From Planctomycetales bacterium (GTDB taxonomy: Bacteria; 4484-113; JAFGCY01): a stretch of DNA of 32,000 nucleotides. The notes beneath the pieces are model-generated. The model saw only the letters and a program-made list of their open reading frames with translations, did not search any database and was not told the origin of the DNA. Below are positions 9,714 through 17,559 of this stretch, piece by piece. Where the stretch lies: contig CP060262.1 in the NCBI GenBank assembly GCA_022646745.1, positions 690,001 to 722,000 of the forward strand, given 5' to 3'. The position numbers and the translations under genes are program-made. Each line of letters opens with the position of its first letter. The first letter of the stretch is position 1.

Positions 9714-11048
9714 CTACCAGTCAGCGCGGTAGGGCGGATCCTCATCCTCTTCAGAGGCCGGCGGGGGCTTTATGCCGCCGAATATCTCATCCAGGTTGCT
9801 GGCCGGGGTCTGCTTCGGGGTACTGTCCGCTCCGGCCTGCATCACGTCAGGCACAGCATCGTCTGCGGGTTCGCTGATTTCGAAGTCGTAGCGAGGCTCG
9901 GGCGCCGGGGCAGGTGGGGGATCCGCCATGCTGCGCGAGGGCTGCAGCCGGCTGCCATACAGCAGCTCGCTGTCGGCAAACGGATCGGGAGCTGGGGCTG
10001 GGGATGCCTCTTCTTCCTCGGGCGCTTCATCGGCCATGGCCCAGTTGTCTGCATGCGGCTCCGATGGCGCTTCCCAGGGATCGTCCTCAGGCGGGGGCGG
10101 CGGACGCAGTCCCTCCACTTCCTCCAGCGGAGGCGGGTCGGGCATCGCAGGGGCCTCAGGCACTGGCTCAGCATTCACCGATGCAGGCATATCAGGCACA
10201 TGCCAGTCGGCGACTTCCTCATATTCAACCTGCTGGTCGATCAGCTCCACTTCATCGGAGATGTCGAGGTCCTCATCCATGTCGCGGGCCGGAGGGACCG
10301 GCGTGCTGACATCCACCGGCGGGGCTGCCGGCGGGACGTGTGGTGCGGTATGCTGCTGCGCTTCACTGAGGATGCGGCTGAAGTCGTCGTGGTCGCTGTC
10401 GCGCTCGTCGAGGTTGCCGCGGCTGCTGGTGATCCTGGGACTGGGCGGCTCCGGCGTCCAGCTGGGGGGACGCTGCATGGGAGCTGGTGCTGCCAGCTCA
10501 TCCGGGTCGTCGTCGTCATCCACCGGCAGGGTCTCATTCATCAGTTCCAGCATCTCATCCATCGGCTCCGGCGACCGCGCCGGTTCGGGCATTGCCGGGG
10601 CAGCCTGCACTGAGGGCTGGGGCTCGCTGGCCATCTCCGGGTTGCGCTTCTCGAGCCGGTGCAGGAAGCCGCTGAGCAGTCCATGGAAGGCGTACTCGAA
10701 CTCCTCGCGCTCGGCGCGGATGCGGGCCATCTCATTGCGCATCGCCTGGCAGTCAGCCTCGGCGCGGGCCTTGATCAGACCGGCTTCCTCGCGCGCATTG
10801 GCAATCACGTCCTCGCCGGTCTTCTGCGCGGTCAGCATGCTGGTCTGGATCAGGTCCTCGCGGCCCTTCAGGTCAGCCAGCCGCTCTTCCAGCTCGGAGA
10901 TGCGGCGCCTGAGCTGGGCCACGTCCTGGATATTGTCCTCCAGCGCCTGTACGACCATCGCCCGGAACTGTTCAACGGCATTACGGTCATAGCCGCGAAA
11001 CCCTGAGGGGAATTCGAACTTCTCGGCATCCAGTGGGGTGAGACCCAT
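9714..11048 (-). CDS. divIVA: DivIVA-domain protein with long acidic/Pro-rich tail
   Basis: N-terminus MGLTPLDAEKFEFPSGFRGYDRNAVEQFRAMV followed by a coiled coil, which is the canonical DivIVA domain. Residues about 136-444 are low-complexity and rich in P, E, D and A. GAGGTG SD. Confidence 0.85.
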   Translation of the reverse strand: MGLTPLDAEKFEFPSGFRGYDRNAVEQFRAMVVQALEDNIQDVAQLRRRISELEERLADLKGREDLIQTSMLTAQKTGEDVIANAREEAGLIKARAEADCQAMRNEMARIRAEREEFEYAFHGLLSGFLHRLEKRNPEMASEPQPSVQAAPAMPEPARSPEPMDEMLELMNETLPVDDDDDPDELAAPAPMQRPPSWTPEPPSPRITSSRGNLDERDSDHDDFSRILSEAQQHTAPHVPPAAPPVDVSTPVPPARDMDEDLDISDEVELIDQQVEYEEVADWHVPDMPASVNAEPVPEAPAMPDPPPLEEVEGLRPPPPPEDDPWEAPSEPHADNWAMADEAPEEEEASPAPAPDPFADSELLYGSRLQPSRSMADPPPAPAPEPRYDFEISEPADDAVPDVMQAGADSTPKQTPASNLDEIFGGIKPPPASEEDEDPPYRADW

Positions 11049-11065
11049 CTCTGCACCTCAAATGC

Positions 11066-11317
11066 TTATCGGATACTTGCTATCAGCGACCTGAAAATGT
11101 ATAGCACGAAGATAGCGATCATCGGGCTCAGGTCGAACATGCCAAAGCGCAGGGGCAGACCCTTGAACACGTTCATATAAGGCTCGACAATACTGGACAG
11201 CATCTTAAACCATTCCTGGTAACGCCAGTTGGGGAACCAGCTGCCGAACACCCAGATGAAGCACATGTATGAGTACAGTGTCACCGCCATGATCATTGCT
11301 TGCTGGATAGGATTCAT
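11066..11317 (-). CDS. yggT: YggT family membrane protein
   Basis: 83 aa with two TM helices, and a central PYMNVFKGLPLRFGMFDLSPMIAIFVL block typical of YggT/Ycf19. Adjacent to divIVA, as in dcw-associated clusters. Confidence 0.85.
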   Translation of the reverse strand: MNPIQQAMIMAVTLYSYMCFIWVFGSWFPNWRYQEWFKMLSSIVEPYMNVFKGLPLRFGMFDLSPMIAIFVLYIFRSLIASIR

Positions 11318-11370
11318 CAGATCTCCGCTTGACCTCTGCGAGGTCCAGGCAATTGATTCTACTCTCTGGC

Positions 11371-13305
11371 CTAGACGTCGAAGTAGTCGTGCACTGTTTC
11401 AACCGCGTCCGATTCCCCGGCTTCCCCGGGTGCCAGCCCGCTTTCCGCCTGGCGGATGAGCTCGTCCGCCAGCTTGCCGAACACTTCCTTCGCGGCATGT
11501 GCGGCATCATTGCGGTAGCGTGATCCGACCTGCGGGTCGGACTCAATTGCATGGCGCAGCAGCTCAATCGCATGCACCTTGTGGTCATGCGCAAGCTTCA
11601 GCAGGGTATGGCGGGCCAGTTCCATGTCGGAAGGGGCCACCAGCCGCATGATGAGGCAGGATGTGTACCAGACGTCCTTCAGTACGCAGTACTTGAGAAT
11701 GATTCCGATCTTGCGCGGGCTGATCTTCTTCGGTACGGGCAGGCCGTTGCTGACGGCGAAGATGAAGTCTATGTAATCCACCACCGCATCCTCGCGGCTG
11801 GCGCCGTCCTTCTCCTCAGTGCTCGTGCCGTAGCTGAGCTTCTTTGAGGCCCCAGTGAACTTGACCACGGCCTTCTGCTCGATATGCCCGGCGTATTCCG
11901 CCATGAAGCTGTCGGAGACCCGCTCGCCACGGTAGTTGAAGATGTCGCCACGGGCCAGGAACAGGCCCATGATGCGCAGGGCGGCGATGTCCGTACCGGA
12001 CAGGGACAGCTCGCTGCCCTGGCGACCGGGTTCGGTCTGCACGAAGCTCGCGATGTAGCGGTCGTCCATCCACTTCAGCATGCCGACGCCGGGTTCGATG
12101 TAGACGGCGGGGATCACCGGCTGGCCGTTGCCATCCAGCGGGAAGCAGTTGATGTGCAGGCGCAGCATGGCCTCCATTGAGGCATGCAGCGCGGAGACCG
12201 TCAGCAGGCAGTCGCGCTTCGGGTCGCTGAACTTCTCCAGCTGCTCATCCAGCAGCACTCGCGCACTGGACCAGGCGCTGCGCTTGGCGTCATTGATCAG
12301 GGTCTGGTTGACGAAACTGGCGGCGCTTGACCAGTCAGATTCGACGAGTTTGCGGGCCTTTTCATCCAGCACGACCACCACATCCGCCGGGGCGGCTGCA
12401 CTGCCGGCCACAGCCGGGCCATCCTGCAGCCGCCGGGCGAGGCCGGCCACGCTATCCATCGACTCGAGCAGTTCAATCTGGCTGCGCTCAAGGTCGGCGC
12501 TGGCGCTGGCGAACTGTTCGCTCAAGCGGCGCAGGCGCGCAATCGAGTCATGCTGCTTCGGGGCCTTGCCGAGGTCCAGCGCGGACAGGCTGGCCAGTGC
12601 CTGGCCGTCCTGGCTGAGGCGCTTCAGTTCATTGGCGGGGTGCATCAGGCCCTGCATCACCGGGCCGAGGTTCTCGCTGGCAAGCACTTCCACCAGCCGG
12701 CGGGTGCGCTGGCCGACCTCCTGCTGCAGCTGGCGGCAGCGGGAGTATTCCTGCTCAAGCTGCTGCGGGTCGGCAGATCCAGTTGCAGCCGTCTGGTTAC
12801 CCGCGACCTGCAATGCTTCGCCGCTGTAGCGGCCACTGCGGTTTGAGTCGAAGGGCTTCAACTGGCCGGAAGCAAGGATGTGAATCCGGTTTGTCGGGTT
12901 GAGGATCCAGGCCGGGGCCACGATCTGGTTCGTGAATTCCTCCAGCAGCGCTTCATAGAGCGAATTACTGAGCAGCTGCAGGCAGAGCTTCTCGCCGGCG
13001 CTGTCCTTGACGGTCACGCTGTCAGCGACGGCGCCTGTCATCAGGAAGAGTTGCTGCTGCGGGTTGAGCATGTCAAAGCGCTCACGCAGCAGGCATTTCA
13101 TCAACTCAAGCCAGGCTGTGCGCAACTTTGTAGAAGCATCGGCGCCCGCCTTGCCCTCACGCTGGGCGGCCAGCTCGAGGAAGGCCTCACCGATGGAAGC
13201 CGCGGCCTCGCGCGGCACTCCATCCATCAGCTGCTTCAGGTGCTGGTTGACTGTCGTATCTGCGGCCATGTTTCCCAAAGGGTAACCGGATTGCGACTGG
13301 GCCAC
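11371..13305 (-). CDS. Hypothetical 644-aa protein (orphan)
   Basis: Long ORF with strong GC3 bias and no TM helix or signal peptide. The central region is Q/L/E/R-rich and probably coiled coil. The track start is GTG, with an alternative ATG at 13269. No family recognised. Confidence 0.75.
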   Translation of the reverse strand: MAQSQSGYPLGNMAADTTVNQHLKQLMDGVPREAAASIGEAFLELAAQREGKAGADASTKLRTAWLELMKCLLRERFDMLNPQQQLFLMTGAVADSVTVKDSAGEKLCLQLLSNSLYEALLEEFTNQIVAPAWILNPTNRIHILASGQLKPFDSNRSGRYSGEALQVAGNQTAATGSADPQQLEQEYSRCRQLQQEVGQRTRRLVEVLASENLGPVMQGLMHPANELKRLSQDGQALASLSALDLGKAPKQHDSIARLRRLSEQFASASADLERSQIELLESMDSVAGLARRLQDGPAVAGSAAAPADVVVVLDEKARKLVESDWSSAASFVNQTLINDAKRSAWSSARVLLDEQLEKFSDPKRDCLLTVSALHASMEAMLRLHINCFPLDGNGQPVIPAVYIEPGVGMLKWMDDRYIASFVQTEPGRQGSELSLSGTDIAALRIMGLFLARGDIFNYRGERVSDSFMAEYAGHIEQKAVVKFTGASKKLSYGTSTEEKDGASREDAVVDYIDFIFAVSNGLPVPKKISPRKIGIILKYCVLKDVWYTSCLIMRLVAPSDMELARHTLLKLAHDHKVHAIELLRHAIESDPQVGSRYRNDAAHAAKEVFGKLADELIRQAESGLAPGEAGESDAVETVHDYFDV

Positions 13306-13335
13306 ATATAGATATTGGATAAATCAGGGTGACGA

Positions 13336-13362
13336 GGGACCGGGGAACAGGGAATATGGGGG
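13336..13362 (+). repeat. GGGACC-type G-tract word block
   Basis: gggaccggggaacagggaatatggggg contains four G3+ tracts with loops of 3-5 nt. On the sense strand of the 644-aa gene it reads C-rich, 31-57 nt upstream of that gene's start. Confidence 0.7.
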
Positions 13363-13420
13363 ATGAGGTATGCGGGGTGGGCATGCCGTAGCGGCGGCAC
13401 TCCTGCCGCCGGAGGGCAAG

Positions 13421-13456
13421 TCTGAATAGTCTGAATAGTCTGAATAGTGGAAGAAG
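13421..13456 (+). repeat. 3 perfect tandem 9-mers TCTGAATAG followed by TGGAAGAAG
   Basis: tctgaatag tctgaatag tctgaatag tggaagaag, read directly from the sequence. Confidence 0.9.
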
Positions 13457-13542
13457 TAGCGGCTGCTTCCAGCAGCCGAAACCAAAGCAGTAGCGGCGCA
13501 CGCTTCGCGCGACTGAGAGGGGATGCTACATGGGAGACGTAG

Positions 13543-13663
13543 GGCAAGGCCACCGTGCCTTGCCAAGGATGGCAAAAGCCATCCGTTTGGTTGATGTCAG
13601 CCATCGCGTACAAGGGTCATTACGGTCGGCAAAGCCGACCGGGACGGGGTATTACCCCGTCCC
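13543..13663. repeat. Array of four perfect GC-rich hairpins
   Basis: Four stem-loops: ggcaaggc-caccgt-gccttgcc (13543-64), ggatggc-aaaa-gccatcc (13567-84), cggtcggc-aaa-gccgaccg (13623-41) and gggacggggt-att-accccgtccc (13641-63). Confidence 0.8.
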
Positions 13664-13698
13664 TACTTAAAAGCGGTTTTGGCAACGAGCTGATTCAA

Positions 13699-13862
13699 CT
13701 CTGCGCCTCCTTTCTTCCTCTGCGCCTCAGCTCCAGTAAAACCAGCCTGGCGAGCACGGTGTTTCCCGCGCGACTGCGTGCCGGCGAGGTTCGCATACGC
13801 TTGGGTGACAACGGGGTGTGAGTAGCGGTTTTATCAACGCGGAGTCGCGGAGGCGCGGAGGA
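13699..13862 (-). repeat. Dispersed ~170-nt hairpin / MITE-like element, copy B
   Basis: Its reverse complement aligns with 1-170: gataaaaccgctac...cacgcagtcgcgcgggaaacaccgtgctcgccaggctggtttt...gaggcgcagagg. Terminal inverted ctctgcgcctc / gaggcgcggag motifs are retained. Confidence 0.6.
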
Positions 13863-13904
13863 TTTTGGAGGGGTGGTCACGACAATGCGTGATTGCCGCA
13901 CAAT

Positions 13905-13991
13905 CTTCACTCGCATGCTCTCGAGTGACAGCGAGACCTGCGCAGCGGTTCTGTTGGCGCAGAGGCGCAGAAGGGATCCTGAGGCGCAGAG
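13905..13991 (+). repeat. Partial third copy (C) of the same element
   Basis: 13947-13991 ggttctgttggcgcagaggcgcagaagggatcctgaggcgcagag matches 126-170 ggttttcttggcgcagaggcgcggagaaagacatgaggcgcggag. The internal part is shortened. Confidence 0.5.
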
Positions 13992-14141
13992 ATGGATTAA
14001 CTCTGGCAATATAACCTCACTCACGAAGCGCATTGCGCACGAAGTTTCCCCTCGCGTGCTGGCACATCGGGGATGCGCCGCTAACCCTGATTTGCTTTGG
14101 CATGGTGATTGGCGACGCACGGATGGCGCAAATTGAGAAAC

Positions 14142-14171
14142 AAAAAAGGGGCGCCCCCGCAGGAGCGCCCC
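14142..14171 (-). terminator. Rho-independent terminator of the IPT/PKD lipoprotein gene
   Basis: Minus strand reads ggggcgc-tcctgcgggg-gcgcccc followed by tttttt, 28 nt after the stop. Confidence 0.75.
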
Positions 14172-14198
14172 GATTGAATCCGGTTCAGGACTCGTGGA

Positions 14199-17100
14199 TT
14201 ACGGAGTCGGATCGGGCGGAACCTTGTTCAGGCCGTTACCGTGACCGTTGCCCACCATACCATCATCCAGGTCGATGGTGGAACCATCGGCGAAGCTGCC
14301 ATCGTTGAACAGGATGATCTGTCCCGGCAGCCACTGGCCCACCGCGTTCTTGGACTCGGTTGTCTGGATCGTGGCAATACCGCCATCTGTGATCGGCACG
14401 TTGTTGAAGGAGAAGGAACCATCAGCGCCGGAGGTCGTCAGGGCGAAGGCCACAGCGGAACCATCCAGGTAGATGCCGACTTCCTTGCCGGGCAGGGGCT
14501 GCTTCGGAGGCAGCGGACCACCCAGCGGCGGGACGCTGTCGAACAGGTATACAGTACCGCCGAAGTTCAGGTTGATGTCACCACCACCGCCGCCGCCAAC
14601 GGAGATCAGCACCTGGTCAGTGTCGGTCGCGTTGTCGGACATGCGCTCCACGGTCAGGGTCGCGGTGTAGTTGCCATCGGCAGCATACACATGCGGCTGG
14701 TTCGGGGGAGTGGTGCCAAGCGTCCAGACCTCATCACCACTGCCGTCGCCGTAGCTCAGGGTGTAGGTGTATTCAAGGTCGGCGCCTGTGCTGGAGCCGG
14801 CGGCATTGAAGGTCACGTTCAGCGGGCTTGCGCCGCTGGTCGGGTTGCCACTCAGGTTGGCGTTCGGGCCGGTCACGACCGCGGTGCCCATCGCCACTGC
14901 GTAGGCCTCGCTCATCACGCCGGAGTTCGCCACTTCCTGGTTGGTGCCGCTGCCAAGTGCGCCGGTCCAGACGTAGAAGTAGTGCTGGGTGCCGTCAGTG
15001 GTGATCATGTTGCCGGTCACCACCGCGCTCTCGCTTGCATCGGCACCATTCACGACCTCAACCATCAGGTTGCCGCCGAGGCGGTTCATGTCGAAGCTGA
15101 TCGTGGTGCTCGTCGGGGTCACCTCAAACGGGGTGACCACCGGGACCAGGCCGGAAGACGGGCTGGCGGTGAACGGATCCACGTAGTTGGCCTGCACGAC
15201 CCAGAACAGGTAGGTCTTGTTGCCGACCTTGCCGGGGATCTGCGGCGGGACGAGGTCACGGCCGTTGAACTGCATGGTGCCGTCGGCGACCAGGCCGTCC
15301 GCGGGCTGGATGCTCAGCTTGTGGGCGGAGCAGACCAGCGGCTCGACGGAGGTGAACTCAGCGCCGCCGGAGGTCATCACCTTGATCTTGCCGCTCAGGC
15401 TCTTGCCGGTCTGGGCCGGAAGGTCGAACTCGATCGCGGTGTCAGTCCAGTCAAGGTTGTTGCCGCTGACAATGTCAACGAGCACCTTGTCCGCGGTGTC
15501 AGTGGCAAGCTCAAGGCTGCCGGCGCTGGCACCGAAGTTGAGGCCGACCAGGCGGATGCGGGAACCGCTGCCGCCGGCGTCCACATAGCGGTAGCCGAGC
15601 GGACGGTTGGTCGCGCCACCCGGGCTGAAGGCCTTGAGGTCACGACGGAAGGTGTTCAGCTTGTTGCCGCTCTCGATGTGGTCGGAGCGGTCGGAGTGGT
15701 ACCAGGCCTCGGAGCCGAAGCTCATCACCTTGTACTTCTCCTCGCCGTTGTCATCGTAGAACATGAACAGGTTCGGGGCATCCTGGCCGAACTGGTTCCA
15801 GTCGGAGGTTCCCATCTCGGTGATCACCGGCTCGTTCGGGCCGACGACCAGCACCTTGCTGTTCACATCAACGATCACGCTGTCGTTGGTGCTCTTGTCA
15901 GTGATCAGGACCTGTCCCTGGAAGGTGCCCTTCTTGTCATAGACATAGGTGAAGGGGCTGCTGTTCTGGACGTTGCCCTTGATGCTCGGGTCACCGGCAT
16001 CGGGGATCAGCTGGTAGCTGTAGCTGCCGCTGCCGCCGACCACGGAGACGCTGTAGCTGAACTGGGTCAGGCCCTGCACGCCAGCCGTCGGGGTGACGTC
16101 GGCGAAGCCCGTCAGGTCAGAGGTGATCTTCACGGTGAACGGATCGCTGGCGAGGCCGGCATCGTTGGTGACGACGACGTCGACGTTGCCGTCGCCATCG
16201 GGGGTCACGCTGCCGAGCGCCGGGATCAGGATCTCGTTGTCAACCCAGCCGGCCTGGCTGCCGTTGGTGTCAGCCACATCCTGGCCCTTGCCACCGACGG
16301 AGATGTCGCCACTGCCCTGCTGGAAGCCGAAGTTGGTTCCACGCACGATGATGCTGCCGCCGATGCGCACGTTGTTCGGGGACACGCCGGTGATCACCGG
16401 CTTGTTGCCCACCTGGAACGGGCTGCTGTACTCGTCGAACTCACCACCGACGGTCACGCGGATCGAACCGCTGACGGCACCCTCGGGGATGCGGACGGTG
16501 ATGCTGGAGTCACTCCAGAACACGATCTCCATCTGCTTGCCGTTGAGGGTCACCACGCTGCCGGCCTGGGTGTCGCCGAAGCCGGAACCGGTGATGTTGA
16601 TGGAGTCGCCCACGCCGCCGGTGAGCGGATCGATGTTGTCGATGCTCGGCGGGTTGACGCTGGAGTCAGGGGTCAGCGCGTTGAACGGCTTCAGGTTGGA
16701 CTGGTTCTCGCCGACCTGCACGTAGACGGTGCCGTTGCTTGAGGCGGTGGCGGGCACGAACACCTTGATGTTCGTGTTGGTCCACTGCGGAACGTCCACG
16801 CCGCCGATGTTCTGCACGGCCACGCGCGCCTTGACGATCTGGGCGTTCTGGCTCACGGCGGAGTCAGTGCTGAAGTAGACGCCGCTGGTGCCTTCACTGG
16901 AACCGAAGCCTGAACCGATGATGGTCACCTGGTCCTGGCCGCGGCGCCCGAAGTCAGGGCTGATCGCGTTGATGATCGGCGTGGTGTTCGGCGCAGTCGG
17001 GATGAACAGCTGGGCATTGCTGCCGCTCTCGCTGTTCAGGCCACCCACGGTCACGACGACGATTCCAGAGCTCATCCCGGAGGAGACCACGGCATTGATG

Positions 17101-17363
17101 CTCGTGCTCGACCAGGAGTTGATCTGGAAGTCGACCCCGTTGAGGCGGACGCTGCTGCCGGACTGTGAGGTGCCGAAGTTGGCGCCGCTGATCACGACCT
17201 CATCGCCGACATTCGCAGAGTTCCTGCTAAGGGCTGAGATCGAGGGGCGCGGCCCCATGTTGTCGTTGTTGGTCTCACTGCCACCGCCGCAGCTCCCAAG
17301 CAGGAACAGCAGGCACAACAGTGAAACCTTCCATATCAGGTTTCCTTGTCCGAATGCCCTCAT
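14199..17363 (-). CDS. Large surface lipoprotein with IPT/TIG repeats and a PKD domain
   Basis: Lipobox LLFLLGSC-GGGS. At least 4 IPT/TIG-like repeats (VGDEVVISGANFG, VTIIGSGFGSS, SINITGSGFGDTQ, IIVRGTNFG). PKD-like block SPLNVTFNAAGS...YTLSYGDGS...HVYAADGNYTATLTV. Strong AAGGAGG SD. Confidence 0.85.
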   Translation of the reverse strand: MRAFGQGNLIWKVSLLCLLFLLGSCGGGSETNNDNMGPRPSISALSRNSANVGDEVVISGANFGTSQSGSSVRLNGVDFQINSWSSTSINAVVSSGMSSGIVVVTVGGLNSESGSNAQLFIPTAPNTTPIINAISPDFGRRGQDQVTIIGSGFGSSEGTSGVYFSTDSAVSQNAQIVKARVAVQNIGGVDVPQWTNTNIKVFVPATASSNGTVYVQVGENQSNLKPFNALTPDSSVNPPSIDNIDPLTGGVGDSINITGSGFGDTQAGSVVTLNGKQMEIVFWSDSSITVRIPEGAVSGSIRVTVGGEFDEYSSPFQVGNKPVITGVSPNNVRIGGSIIVRGTNFGFQQGSGDISVGGKGQDVADTNGSQAGWVDNEILIPALGSVTPDGDGNVDVVVTNDAGLASDPFTVKITSDLTGFADVTPTAGVQGLTQFSYSVSVVGGSGSYSYQLIPDAGDPSIKGNVQNSSPFTYVYDKKGTFQGQVLITDKSTNDSVIVDVNSKVLVVGPNEPVITEMGTSDWNQFGQDAPNLFMFYDDNGEEKYKVMSFGSEAWYHSDRSDHIESGNKLNTFRRDLKAFSPGGATNRPLGYRYVDAGGSGSRIRLVGLNFGASAGSLELATDTADKVLVDIVSGNNLDWTDTAIEFDLPAQTGKSLSGKIKVMTSGGAEFTSVEPLVCSAHKLSIQPADGLVADGTMQFNGRDLVPPQIPGKVGNKTYLFWVVQANYVDPFTASPSSGLVPVVTPFEVTPTSTTISFDMNRLGGNLMVEVVNGADASESAVVTGNMITTDGTQHYFYVWTGALGSGTNQEVANSGVMSEAYAVAMGTAVVTGPNANLSGNPTSGASPLNVTFNAAGSSTGADLEYTYTLSYGDGSGDEVWTLGTTPPNQPHVYAADGNYTATLTVERMSDNATDTDQVLISVGGGGGGDINLNFGGTVYLFDSVPPLGGPLPPKQPLPGKEVGIYLDGSAVAFALTTSGADGSFSFNNVPITDGGIATIQTTESKNAVGQWLPGQIILFNDGSFADGSTIDLDDGMVGNGHGNGLNKVPPDPTP

Positions 17364-17415
17364 ACGGATTTCGCCTCCTTATTTGAACCGGAGTGGATGT
17401 CTCCCATAAACCATG

Positions 17416-17445
17416 ATTTTATCCGATATCATGGCCCACGGGCAA
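17416..17445 (-). promoter_or_regulatory. Possible sigma70-type promoter for the IPT/PKD gene
   Basis: Minus strand reads TTGCCC-N18-TAAAAT within a locally AT-rich spacer. Weak, by eye only. Confidence 0.3.
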
Positions 17446-17559
17446 GCCCATATACCTTATAAAGGTATAGATGGAACCCACATTACTACTGAAGATGATA
17501 ACAAGGCGCCATTTAAGCGTCACTGAACACATCGGCGCCAAAATGGACTACACACTTCA

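Noticed and set aside
9928-10992. 354-aa Ser/Gly-rich ORF on the plus strand, plus 9699-10613
   Set aside because: Both are antisense to divIVA and are low-complexity mirrors of the Pro/Glu-rich tail.
13187-14136. Seven overlapping 83-141-aa ORFs in the 890-bp spacer, and similar ones at 73-484
   Set aside because: They are translations of repeat words and hairpins (for example SDYSDYSDL and IQTIQTIQT). They overlap each other on both strands and have no SDs. The homologous peptides at 81-275 and 13555-13821 simply reflect the DNA repeat.
14241-16742. 833-aa ORF on the plus strand
   Set aside because: It is antisense to the IPT/PKD lipoprotein gene. It is a low-complexity translation rich in G, A, V, D and H, whereas the minus-strand frame has a signal peptide, an SD and domain repeats.
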